Positions 10,201 to 21,470 of a stretch of DNA of 64,000 nucleotides are shown piece by piece. The notes under the pieces are model-generated. The model saw only the letters and a list, made by a program, of their open reading frames with translations. It did no database searches and was not told where the DNA came from. Position numbers and translations under genes: made by a program. Where the stretch lies: the NCBI GenBank assembly GCA_030390025.1, contig CM059429.1:137950001-138014000 (forward strand). Direction: 5' to 3'. This DNA comes from Squalus acanthias. Its lineage: Eukaryota. The first letter of the stretch is position 1; each line of letters opens with the position of its first letter.

Positions 10201-13200
10201 TCAACTTTCCTGCCTAATTATTTTGACTCTTGAGCGCCTTAACTGTTTGAAATGGGGTGATGATCCTCCCAATTTAAATATTAATCTGAGGCAAAGATAA
10301 GAGGTGTATTTATACTGCAGATACCCATCCAGCATTGATTCCAGCTAGACAGTACCCTGTTTATTGTCTGGCTCCAATTAAAATTCCCCTGCCCAGGACA
10401 GGAATTTGCATCCCCCTCCAACTGTTCAATTTTAGATGTTTTGCGAGCATAGCCAGGAGCATTTGCCGCCTTAATACCTTTACATCAACTCTGAATAAGT
10501 TCAAAACAAACCACTTGAGTTCTTTCTAAATTCAGATTGCCACTGCTCTTGCGTTCGACTGCATGTGGTCTCCAGCCCCCTAGTGTTGTAAAACTCTTCA
10601 TCGGGCTCTCATAGACTCCAATGATTTCACTGCGAAACTGAGACAAAGACACCTACCCAGATGAACGTTTGACTCTTCATCTCATCCACCCTCTCCCTGA
10701 GCAGGCTGTGGATACAAGAAACCTGATCTACTTACCATGCTGTGGGTCGAAAGAATTCATTACGCCATATTTTATGTACTTCTGTTCAATGAGTAGGAAC
10801 ACTGTTCGCCAGGAACACTGTTCACCAGGCCTTCTTGAAGCAGATCATCCTAGCACCATCCCCTTTTTGACGGCCCAATATTCAACAGTAACAACAACTT
10901 GCATTTACATGGCGCCTTGACATAGAAAAATTTCCCAAGATGCTGATCCTGCCTTTTAACTGAAGTTGAGGCAAAAGATCCAAATAATTACTTTGCACCC
11001 CTACTTGCACCTCGTAGGACATCAGGTCGGGGTTGAGGTCATTCCCTTTCGCAGGCTGGACTGTCTGACTGCTGTTATGTCTGGAATGTTCAGGCATGCA
11101 CTTTCTAGTTGTGTTTTGAGTATAAAGACCAGACTAAAAATGTGCTGAGGAAGCCAGCAGTTGTTGCCACTTTGTTTGCAAAAGATCTTGTTTGCTTGTC
11201 CAATTCAGCAGAAGAAATGGCTTTACAGGGAAAGTTCTATAAGATAGATGTTGTAGTGAAAACATCTTTGCTACGTGAGTGTGTGCGACTCGTATACTAA
11301 ATTCCACCCCACAGCAAACAAAGGAAAGATAGTACAACTGTTTAGAAGTAGCTTTCTGAAAAGGGATATCTTAACCCTGTGTAGAATGGTTCAGATTCTC
11401 TCGTATTATACCAAATCATATCTTGCTGATCTCTCTCCCCTTCTGTGTAATATTTATTGACAAATAAATCTGGAAAAATAGTTTTAACCTATACTGAGTG
11501 ATCTAGCATTTTTTTTTCCTCCAGAGGAGCCACCAAATCTAATCCAGTTTTCCTGCTTGCTCCCCATATTTTCTTTGATATTTTTCTTTTCAAGCAACTA
11601 TTTAATTGTTTCATTTTTTTGTTCCTGTTTCCTGCAGTTTAGTCTTTTATTAGGACTTCAGCAATATAGAGATATTGGTTTATATTAATAGGTTGCTGTG
11701 GTGATGAGAAATATTTTTACACTGTTCAGACTCTACAGGTTTTCTTGGTTTGTAGCTGTGGAATTCTGGATTTGAATTTGTCTGGTGTGGTGGGTCTGCT
11801 CACTCTTTGGTGGATATATCTTAAATCCATCTATGAGAGAAAAATCCTGAGAACAAACCTGCCAGCCATACCAAATGTGAGTATTGGCAGCATAAAAATA
11901 CCTCTGCAGACAGAAATGGGGTGTTGTCTGCAGAACTGGCCCCAACTCCTGTCCTGAGCGAGGCAAAGCTTAATCCCTAAGGAAATCATTAAAAAAAAAA
12001 AAATAGGAAGTGCATTTACCTCGTATTAATATTAGGGGAGCCATCACTTTCTAGCTGTGTTTGTAAATACACAACGCAATGAAAGTTACATCAAAGTTAT
12101 TGTGCCACTTGCCTGCAAGGTTGCCATGATGCACCAGTTACCAACGTTCGTCTCTTCTTGGTGCCTTTCTTCCCCAGATATGTGGTTCCCCCTTGCATAC
12201 TAATTCGCCCTCAGATTACATAAATTAAAAACAGGAATGTGCTGTGGATTGATATCAAGTTATACAACAATAATTTCATAAATATTTCAGTGCACAAAGA
12301 ATTTAAACCACTTCTATAAATCATGGAGCTGGGCAATTTATGAAGTAGTTGCCCATCCCCCTAACAAATGCGACTATAGCTATAAGACCAGTATCTGTTC
12401 ATTTCTCTTTGTGCAAAACAGCTATACAGTTCCACCTGAGTAATCTAATCTTGCACAAGTTTGGTAACCTGGGAAACTAATTCTTAATTTACAATAAAGT
12501 TTGGCACTGAGGACTGTCCACAGTTCATAAATTGTCTTTATTCACAGCTGCTCTTTTGTTCTTGGTTGGTTTCTTGGGAGGCAAGACATCTTCCTTTGCC
12601 TTTCACCTGTACTATTTAAGCAACAGGCATTTTCTAAAGTTTTCCTGCCTCCACCTTGTTTTGTTCCTTGTTATTGGCACAATGATATCTCCGGAAAAAT
12701 AGGGGAAGCAAAACTGAAGTTGGAGTGATAATAGGAGATGGTTTGAAAATCTTGGGTTGTTAGTTATTTCAAGTCAGAAATTTGAGTTTAAGAGATGAAG
12801 AGTATTGAAGATTACAGAATGGGAAGTGAGGGTGTTTTATTTTCAAAAGCACAAACTTTACATGATCTGGCCATATATGCTTTAATTGAAGGCTTCACTT
12901 TGGGTGCTTGGAGGTGGAATTGTGGGTGCTCAGATTTTGGTTTGTACTCTGGGTAACACTAAAGCGATTGGATTCCTCTCCATGGTGTTGACTCGCCCAT
13001 TCTTTCTGGACTGAACAATATGGTATGTGGATTTTTAATGAGTAGAGTCTGGAAATTCTCTCAGGAAGTGATAATTTTATGGACGGCGGTTGTAAAAGTT
13101 AATTCCATTGACCCTTGTGTCTGAACTGTTCAGAGCCCAAAAATACTTGCATGTTTATCACACTTGTACAAATGAGCACAGTATTAAGTTTAGTCTCTTG

Positions 13201-13217
13201 TCTGTTCTGAAGATATT

Positions 13218-13977
13218 GGCCCATAATTTGCTGGTAAAATAATGGGGAGGCTAATGGCGCTCGCTATTATTTATGCACAAATGCTACAGCAACTTCAGGC
13301 GAGGGCAGATGTGCGGCTAAATGCAGAAATCCAGAAGTTGCTCTCCGAAAAGAGCTTCTCCGTCGTTAGATTCACGAAAATGGCATCTCGCTGTCTGGCT
13401 CCTCATTCAAATGCATTGAATGACGTGAAGTTGCTGCCTTTGTGCGGTAGATACCAACTAAACTAGCCACAGAAGGCTAAATCTTGTCTATTTCAGTCTA
13501 AATTCCCTTTTAATGACGTGATGAGTCTTAATTATTGCTAGTCAACCTCTCTGGCACTGAAAATGAACTATTACAAGTGTGGAGTCTCATTCGTTCAGGT
13601 TTTAATTGTTGTTGGATATCTTAATGTCAAATTTTAAATTACTTTTTTTACTTTTCCTATTTGTCTCTCTTTGCTCTCTCTTAATCCAATCTTTTCCTCT
13701 TTTTCTCTTTCTGCACCTGATTTGACATTGATTTCACCCATTCTAATTTACACTTCCTTCTGAGTCCTTGTGCTGTTAATTTCACAATCCTTCAATCTGG
13801 TTAAGGAGATACACAGTTGCTTGCCCTGTTTACTCAGGTCCCAGATGCCCGGTTTCCCTCGCGACATCATCAGCTTGCACTTTCAGCAACTTGCTGCAAA
13901 ATATCATCACGATTAAATGGGTAAGGCTAACTAATGGCAGATGCTGTTAGATGCCCTCTCGCAGCAAATTTCAGCCC
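13218..13977. mobile_element. Non-autonomous DNA transposon/MITE (Harbinger-like TIRs)
   Basis: TIR ggcccataatttgctg / cagcaaatttcagccc. Highly similar copy at 29270-29839. Confidence 0.7.
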
Positions 13978-14611
13978 ATTGTATCTCTGTTTTTGGAATA
14001 GTTTCACTGGTGCCATGTTGCTCAAATGGCTAAGCCTAGATAATGCTCAGAAGGGATAAAGTACACATGCATACACCATGTGAATGAGTATTGAGATCAC
14101 ATGCAGACCAAAAGTGCCTATTACTTAATTTACTAATCAAAATACAATTGGTCACATCTGGATTCCCGGTTAGCCACATGTGACTAGTGGCTAATGTATT
14201 TGACAGCACTGGCTTATTGCATCCACTTCTATCCTGAATTGTGCCTGGAGAAACCGATGGCTCAAAATTTAAAATGTTGGCCATGATGGGAAGTGATACT
14301 TTGTGAAATAAGTATATTGTGGTAATAGCAACTCCAGTGCCAGTAAATGCCTTTTTAAAATAAACTTCTCGTGCCTCTAAACAGCTATCTTGTCATTCAC
14401 CAGATGAGCCACAGATTGACTAAAGCAGTTCGATTTCAATCAATTGAAACCATATCCTAGTAAAGTATAGCTAGCTATGTTTATGCTTGTTTGCAAGCAT
14501 TTATAGACTTCATGTTGGCATGGATATGGGGAGCTCTCCTCTTACTCAATATTCTACATCTCAGTTGAAGGGTATTCATTTTTGTTTGTTTTTCTCTTCT
14601 GTTTCTTGCAG

Positions 14612-14989
14612 GACTGAGTTCAGGACGTATTGTGAAAGTCCCAACAGGTCCTCTGTACCGTGTGGTAGGAATGCCAGTCAGCATTCCCTGTAACGTCAGT
14701 GATTATCAAGGGCCACCAGAACAAAACTTCGATTGGCTTGTGACTCCTGCACTTCAAGTCAACAGTCAACAGTTAAAGATCACCAGTACACTGGAACCTG
14801 GATTTTCAGATGCTGAATACAAGGAGAAAATCCAGAAAAATGAGATTTGGGTGGAGAGACTCAATGACAGTTCTGTTGAGCTGCGCTTCAAGAGTGCCCA
14901 ACTTGAGGATGAAGGGGAATATCAATGCCGGACACCTAGCACGGATGAAGATAGTTCTGGAAATTATGAAGCCAAAGTGACTTTGAAGG
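14612..14989 (+). CDS. PTGFRN: PTGFRN coding exon (Ig-V domain 1; probably exon 2)
   Basis: Polypyrimidine tract and CAG acceptor end at 14611. Reads GLSSGRIVKVPTGPLYRVVGMPVSIPCNVSDYQGPPEQNFDW...DEGEYQCRTPSTD, matching the PTGFRN/EWI signature IPCNVSDYxGPxEQNFDW. Phase-1 donor is G/GCAAGT. Confidence 0.95.
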
Positions 14990-15107
14990 GCAAGTTTTGC
15001 AAAGGATGCATTAAATGCTGTTAAATTTAATTCATTTTAAGTGGATGCTTGTGTTGCATGACAAATTGATAATCCTACTTGTATCTATTTTCATTATACT
15101 ATATACT

Positions 15108-15483
15108 TTTTTTTCCAATTTTCTCCCTCCTCCCCTAAAAGTTGACTGATAGTGGGGTATGATTTCTGTGGGAGATGGCAGCTTACTGGTATCTCGCCCA
15201 AGTGGCTGTCTTTAATGTGAAAGTCTTGACCGTAAGCGATAGTAGGCTGTTCAACTGTGGGGGCATCACAGCTGAGCCTACTGCTGTTTTTACTTGTCTT
15301 TCATGTGCAGACATCCTTTCCAATGCCAGTCCCTGGCTGGTGATCAGGAAGTGGAACACTGGGGCCTTATTTTCCCCTCTCTAGCCAGAGGTACTGTTGC
15401 CAATTGTAGTGTCCCTACTACTGCCCTGGCTGGATCAGTTAAATTAGCACGGTCCAGGAATTGAACTTCGTACCTTCCTGGTC
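15108..15483 (-). mobile_element. LF-SINE-like element
   Basis: Reverse complement contains ggttcaattcctgg..gtgctaatttaactgatcc..acaattggc..ggctgtgatgccc..ccacttgggcgag..ggagggagaaaattgg, typical of LF-SINE. Confidence 0.7.
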
Positions 15484-15600
15484 ATCGACCTGAAACGTTA
15501 ACTCTGTTTCTCTCTCCACAGATGCTGCCTGACCTGCTGAGTATTTACAGCATTTTCTGTTTTTATTTCAGATTTCCAGCATCCGCAATATTTTGCTTCT
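15481..15600 (+). mobile_element. Penelope family-B terminal fragment
   Basis: gacctgaaacgttaactctgtttctctctccacagatgctg...cagcatccgcaatattttgct. A similar minus-strand piece lies at 39184-39258. Confidence 0.7.
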
Positions 15601-16309
15601 GTAATAGTTTTTATGTTACTCTTCTGGTGTGTTTGTTTTATATTTTAGTTAGACTTGGGAAATCTGACCATTAAATAAGCCAGTGTCACATGCCTTCACC
15701 CTGTCTCTGGGTTAAAAGGTTGTGACCAACACCATATCCAGCACATCATGCCTTTCGCAGTGTCACTTGCTACTTATGAATTGAGGCTAGTCTCCGAATG
15801 GATCAGGTGAACATGCAGCCTGCTCATCTATAAATTAAATTAAATTAAATAAATAAATCTTTCTGGCTTTTGTGCAGAGGCCAGATTTTCACAGCATCCT
15901 CATTTGGATGTATATTGTCATTCCTCCTTCAGCACTGGGTCAGAATCCTGGAATTCCTCTTTGTGGGAGCACCATCACCACAAGGACTGCAACAGTTTAA
16001 GGAGCAGGCCCACCACCACAACACTAGGGCAACTAGATATGAAAATAAATGCTGCCTTGCCCATGTTGCCCACCCCCACCTACTCCATCATTCTTCTATT
16101 TCCTGCCTTGTGCCTAAATCCTTGCCTGCTTGAGACCTAGCTTCTTCTTAGACCCTCATCACGTTGGAGGGAGTCACTGGGTACTCATAATTATACAACA
16201 CAGAAAGAGGCCCTTCAGCCCATCGGGTCCGTGCCGGCCATCAAGCCCTATCTATTCTAATCCCATTTTCCAGCACTTGGTCCGTAGCCTTGTATGCTAT
16301 GGGTACTAT

Positions 16310-16665
16310 CTTGAGACACAGCAGCATCTTCAGTTATCACTCCTGGTAGCCCATTAGTGTTGGGCATTGGCTTTATTGACCTAATCGTCAATTGGAGAAC
16401 AGATCGAATAGTCTTGGAAGACCGGTGCTACTAAGGTTGTTTTGCAAGGAGTCAGTAGAAGTAATTCATGACTCGGTCCTCCTCCGGGGGTCTGATAGCT
16501 GCAAATCTCTCTTGGACAGCCACAAGCTTTTGGGTGGTCTGCATTGCTTCACATATTTCCTTCGTTGGGTGTTGCTGATGTGGGTTGTGGACTTCTCTAA
16601 CTTATCCACCATCTGAAGCACACTCATGGAAACTATTTCCACTGCTTGCATGAGTTCAATACTCT
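16310..16665 (-). pseudogene. Candidate degraded mononegaviral nucleoprotein (N) fragment
   Basis: Composite reading SMSVLQMV.../KEICEAMQTTQKL...RFAAIRPP..NYFY*LL/NNLSSTGLPRLF...CPTLMGYQ resembles the N core motif xAPxxFPxL...PTMxGY. Needs at least 2 frameshifts. Confidence 0.38.
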
Positions 16666-16819
16666 TTTTATAAAAAAAAAAATTCAGATGAATATTCAGC
16701 ACCTGAGATTCAGGCCCCGAGATCCCTCAGCAGAGAGCAGTTGTTTCTCTACCCTCAGGTCAGACGCAGCTGTCGCCTCACCTTGTGCCTCCTGCTCGCT
16801 GGTGCTCTGTGTACCACCC

Positions 16820-17010
16820 TGTGACGTTCATAGTTCCTTCATTGTCGCTGGGTCAAAATCCTGGAACTTCCTCCCTAACAGCACTGTGGGAGTACCTTCA
16901 CCTCACAGACTGCAGCGGTTTAAGAAGGCAGCTCGCTACCACCTTCTTGAGTGCAATTAGGGATGGGCAATAAATGCTGGCCTTGCCAGCGATGCCCACG
17001 TCCCAGGAAC
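16820..17010 (+). mobile_element. 3' end of CR1/L2-group LINE (family of the 54-56.5 kb element)
   Basis: gggtcaaaatcctggaact..gactgcagcggtt..gggatgggcaataaatgctgg. An older copy lies at 15930-16070. Confidence 0.75.
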
Positions 17011-17029
17011 AAAAAAAAAAATTCCTCAG

Positions 17030-17188
17030 TCTCAGTTTAACGTCTTATCTGAAAGACTGCACCTTTAACATTGCAATACTCCCTCAGTACTGCAGTCAAG
17101 TGTCAGCTCAGATTATCTGTCCTGGAGTGAGGTTTGAACCCACAACCTTCTGACTCCGGTGAGTGCGTTACCACTGAACCAATGCTGA
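17030..17188 (-). mobile_element. DeuSINE 5' half
   Basis: Reverse complement of the tRNA head (gaaggttgtgggttcaaa..cagtactgagggagt). Confidence 0.7.
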
Positions 17189-17994
17189 AACTTCATCTTC
17201 CATCCCAAAGCTTTAAAGCCAATCATCCTGAGCTGAATATAAAATATTAATCTCAATCAGAATGCTGTCAAATCTTAATTGTATACTTCAATAATTATTT
17301 TGTCCTGTATGATTACACTTTCTATTTTGAAACTATTTGGAACCACTGCAGTTTGCATTTTCTCTTCCGCTTGCCCCCCCACCCCCACAAACTAAAGGTT
17401 GCCTCTTATCCCATCAAACATGTGATAGGGTTTTGATTCTTTAGGGTGTTGGTGTTGTAATTTGAATAGAATGGCAATTCATGGAAGTTGCAAAGAATCC
17501 AATAACAAGATGGTTCAAAAGAATGGTAGAATTTGCGATTAATCAGTAATGAGAGCTTCTCCCTGCGTTGTCTGGGGAAATGAACAGTTGCTCTTCAATA
17601 GTGTGCACTATGAACAGGGGTGGGGATGATACAACAACAGCAACTTGGGTTTGTATCGTGCCTTTAAGGGACGGGTGAGAAGACAGCCTCCTTCAGCAAG
17701 TGCATAGCTGAATTTTAGTTGTCAGAGGTTTCATTTTAATAACAGATGAATTGCTAAGTATTTCTGTCTTGTAATGTTGTCTCACAGTTACTGATGCCAG
17801 GCTTTGTTGACACATGTCAGTTTTGGAATTCTAAAGAATCTGATATCTTTCCAAATGCAGTCTAGGTCCCGGAAGCTGCCAGTTCCTATAATCATTGTAG
17901 CTGTGTTGAATGGGTCATTGTAAGTGAGTTCAGAAGTGTGTAATCAATGAAGTTTGTAAAGTGTTGGTAGAAGCTTGGTGTTTCAGTCTCTACC

Positions 17995-18400
17995 TTTTCA
18001 GGGTGTAAAGTACAAAAGTAAAGAGGTGGAGCTAAACTTAGAACAGATCAATGGTTAGGCCTCAAGTTAAAATATTCTGTCCCGTTTTAGGTGCCTTACT
18101 TTAGGAAAGATGTCACAGCCGAGAGAGTGCAGAGAGATTCACACTAAGATGATGCCAGCTGTCAGACGTTTTAGCTATAAAGAGTGACTAGAGAAACTGA
18201 GGCTCTTTTCTTTAGGCCAAGAAGTGATCTGACGGTGACAATTGTGGGTGGGGTGGGGTCGATGAGATAAATAGAGAAAAACGATTTCCACTAGTCAGTG
18301 AATTGGGAACGTGAAGGCATAAATTTAAGTGTTGCCAAAAAAAACAGGAGTGGCTAGGATTTTTCTTCTGCATTAACTTGATAGGGCATGGAATGTCTTA
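17995..18400 (+). mobile_element. Old CR1 3' fragment
   Basis: tacaaaagtaaagagg..ggttaggcctcaag..tttaggaaagatgtc..gtgcagagagattcac. Confidence 0.65.
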
Positions 18401-18600
18401 TTAGAAACACTGGTTTTACATTGACACAGAAATAAAATTAGAACTGAAACTTGTGTCACAGCTGACAGTTCAAGGGTATGCAACAGAAGATGTTACTGTA
18501 AGACTCCCAGTAAAAATGCTGATTCTACTTTTATAACTATTCCTTGAAGCTTCCTCGTGTTCTGGTTTTGTTAGTAATCCTGATCCATTCTTTCAAACAG

Positions 18601-19026
18601 TGATCCCAGATGGACTGACTGTGTTATCGGGAAAATCCAGAAGTGTGAAGTCTGCCGATTACACCGAAGGGTCGCCACTGGAACTTCAGTGTGTCGCAAC
18701 GACCACATCGTCTGTATCCACCCATCTCTCTGTCACATGGCAGTTAAAACAAAATGGCAGTGTGACTAAGGAGGACATTCTGTCATTCACTGAAGATAAC
18801 CGGTTTCAGCCCGGTGGATTATACAAAACTAGGTATCAGAGTGGTGATATTAGAATGGGCATGGAAAAAAATGGCATCTTCAAATTGATTATTGCCCACT
18901 TGCGGCCGGAGGATGATGGTGTTTACTCATGTGTAGCAGCAGAGTGGGTCAAAGAAGATGGCTCCAACTTGAAAAAAATCCAAGGAAAAAATACAGACAT
19001 TGCAACGATCAAAGTACAGCGGTTAG
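18601..19026 (+). CDS. PTGFRN: PTGFRN coding exon (Ig-V domain 2)
   Basis: AG at 18599-18600, phase 1. VIPDGLTV...LELQC...HLSVTW...DDGVYSCVAAEWV. Donor G/GTATGT. Confidence 0.95.
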
Positions 19027-19312
19027 GTATGTTATATTCACAGCAAATCATCCTGTAATTCAGAATAGGTTTAATCTTCATGCAAATATTGCTGAATAAC
19101 CATTCCCCACTTTCCTGGGTAGACCGGTGGTTTGGATGGTGTTGCTAGCATAGGTGGTCAAATTTAATATTTAATCTCCGCAAGCTGCTCAACATTTGGA
19201 GAGGAATATTTTGGGGAATGCAAATTGTAAAGTTGTGTTTTTATTATTTTTGTTTTCGTTCTCACTTTATTCACCCCCTGTATTAGCTAAGCAGCATCTC
19301 AAGTGGATCAGG

Positions 19313-20580
19313 TCAAATAAAAACTAATGGAATACTAGGTTGTATGGCAAGAGGTGTAGAATATAAAATTCGAGATGTAATCAATCGATATAAAACCTTA
19401 GTAAAGTTACAGTTTTGGGCTCCACACCATAAGAAGAATGTTGAGGAAATAGAGAGTCCAGTGACGTTTAACTTGTGGTTAACAATGTGGTTGACTCTTA
19501 ACTGCCCTCTGAAATGGCCTAACAAGCCACTAACAAACCGCTACGAAAAACAATAAAAAGAATGAAACCGGACGGGCCACTCGGCACCGGCTATGGACAC
19601 AGCAACGGCACACCCAGCCCAGTCGACCCTGCAAAGTCCTCCTCACCAACATCTGGGGGCTTGTGCCAAAATTGGGAGAGCTGTCCCACAGACTAGTCAA
19701 GCAACAGCCTGACATAGTCATACTCACAGAATCATACCTTTCAGCAAATGTCCCGACCTCCTCCATCACCATCCCTGGGTATGTCCTGTCCCACTGGCAG
19801 GACAGACGCACCAGGGGTAGCGGCACAGTGGTATACAGTCGGGAAGGAATGACCCTGGGAGTTCTCAACATTGACTCCGGACCCCTTCCACCAAGAAGGA
19901 CAAGGGCAGCAGGCGCATGGGAACACCACCACCTCCAAGTTCCCCTCCAAGTCACACACCATCCTGACTTAGAAGTATATCGCCGATCCTTCATCGTCGC
20001 TGGGTCAAAATCCTGGAACTTCCTCCCTAACAGCACTGTGGGAGTACCTTCACCACACGGACTGCAGCGGTTCAAGAAGGCGGCTCACCACCACCTTCTC
20101 AAGGGCAGTTGGGGATGGCAATAAATGCTGGCCTTGCCAGTGATGCCCACATCCCATAAACTAATTAAAAAAAAACTTGGATGCTGCCAGGTATGAGGAA
20201 ATAGAAATACGAAGACATAGATGATTGGATGATTTGATAAGAGGGGTTTAAAATTATGAAGATATGGGACAGAATAGATAGAAATAGGCTGTTTCCAATG
20301 GTTGAAAGATCTAGAACAAGGGGATATAGACACAAGATTAAGTATAAAAGAATTAGGTCAGTGAGCAGGAAAATGTGTTTCACACAGAGGGTTGTGAGGC
20401 TGTGGAAGGTACTACTGGAGTTAGAGATTGAAGCAGAGACCATGGCTGGGAAATTCCTCTGAGCTGCTCCGAGGTAATTCCTGGCCAATGTCAACATTTA
20501 AAAATAACTTTGATAGATGGCTGAAGGAGAGCGGAATATTGGAACAGGGTGGCCACATGGAATTACTGCTGACGTGGAGG
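19313..20580 (+). mobile_element. Old CR1 fragment with a nested, internally deleted LINE (19462-20165)
   Basis: CR1 RGVEYK..YKTLV..QFWAPH resumes after 20180. The insert has the APE start (PDIVILTESYL) fused to the family 3' end. Confidence 0.8.
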
Positions 20581-20613
20581 AGATGTAATGTTAATGTAAT
20601 TCTAACTTAAATA

Positions 20614-20870
20614 TGAGAAGTCGCACAACACCAGGTTATAGTCCAACAGTTTTATTTAAAATTACGAGCTTTCGGAGCTGCTGCCCCTTCGTCAGGTAGA
20701 GGTACATTGAGGGAATCTATTACACAGTATATATACACAGAGAGCAATTTGTCTGCAGAGATACAATCTGTTAGGAAGGCATTACATCAAAGACACATCA
20801 GAGTACAGCTAAGACAATGAGGTGGGTCACAGGGGGTCCAACGTGTCAAATGTTGCCATCTGCAGTTGAG
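20614..20870 (-). mobile_element. Penelope family-A 3' fragment with hammerhead (20663-20698)
   Basis: Shares gtcgcacaacaccaggttatagtccaacag with the 1.7 kb element. Minus strand reads UAC-CUGACGA-AGGGGC..GCUCC-GAA-AGCU-C-GUA. Confidence 0.75.
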
Positions 20871-21083
20871 CTTTTAACTTGTTTTATTTTTTTTTGGGGG
20901 GGGGGGGGTTTTATGCCATGTTTCCTTGAGACTGAGCTTAATAACATGATCAGGCACCTCATGCATAATCTCATCCATCTGCTGCAACGTTCTTGGGACA
21001 GAATGGGCAAGTTCAAATAACTGTTGAGGTTTGGAATATTCTCGGGAGAAACCTTACTAAAGAATATAATTTCTATATTACAG

Positions 21084-21470
21084 CCCAGACCCTAAAGGTC
21101 TCTACAATCGGAAGGAACCTCACTTTGAACAAAGGTGACGAGATTGATCTCCTCTGCAGTGTAACAGGAGTTGAAGACGTGGTCGCGGTTGAAGTCAGCT
21201 GGTATTTCAGCACATCTCCAGCAATTGATACTCAGAACGAGAAAGCTCTAGTGCACATGAATCATGCAGGAGTCGTGAACAATTCAGCTTTTGTCACGTT
21301 GAGCAGGATTAGTGGCAGCGACTACAGACTGAGAGTGCAACAGATTGATGAAACAGACAGTGGCTATTACTACTGTGCAGCCTCTGTCGGGATTCAGTAT
21401 ACCAGTGAGCTGTGGCACAAAGCAGCAGAGGGAAGGTCCAGTCCTGTCGGTGTCACTGTTGGTCTTCTAG
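21084..21470 (+). CDS. PTGFRN: PTGFRN coding exon (Ig-V domain 3)
   Basis: TACAG acceptor. AQTLKV...LLCSV...EVSWYF...DSGYYYC. Donor G/GTAATT. Confidence 0.94.

Larger units (their letters stand above)
4010..13200 (+). pseudogene. Degraded endogenous paramyxovirus-like L (RdRp) gene, interrupted by TEs
   Basis: Collinear degenerate L motifs across frames: WFARQKFLMTILLTDMKHFIFKS (4394), SHLVLQS (5187), RQFCFLI..W (6941-7003), IYGL (7865), FVGSP (7920), FQNLC (8144), ARITG/VMKHG/NNQ (8211-8253), GHD (8368), IVLPH (8859), YDRTWTSC (8901), RNPTD..EECLYHL (9018-9107), WGDDPPNLNI (10253), AKLRQRH/HPLPEQ (10632-10704), FLG (12570), KSWVV (~12747). Confidence 0.72.

Noticed and set aside
10290-10880. 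Minus-strand near-open frame (KGIKAANAPGY) read as nucleoprotein-like
   Set aside because: It is the antisense shadow of the + strand L-like frame, which has many more ordered motifs.
11109-11300. LFAKDLVCLSNSAEEM read as a LINE RT (FADD) remnant
   Set aside because: There are no other RT motifs nearby. The segment fits better in register with the L capping domain (KD..ISN..K..LL) of the surrounding collinear fossil. Not fully excluded.
14030-14212. hAT-Charlie (MER3-like) end gccacatgtgactagtggcta..gacagcactg
   Set aside because: Only one terminus is recognisable, which is too little to annotate.
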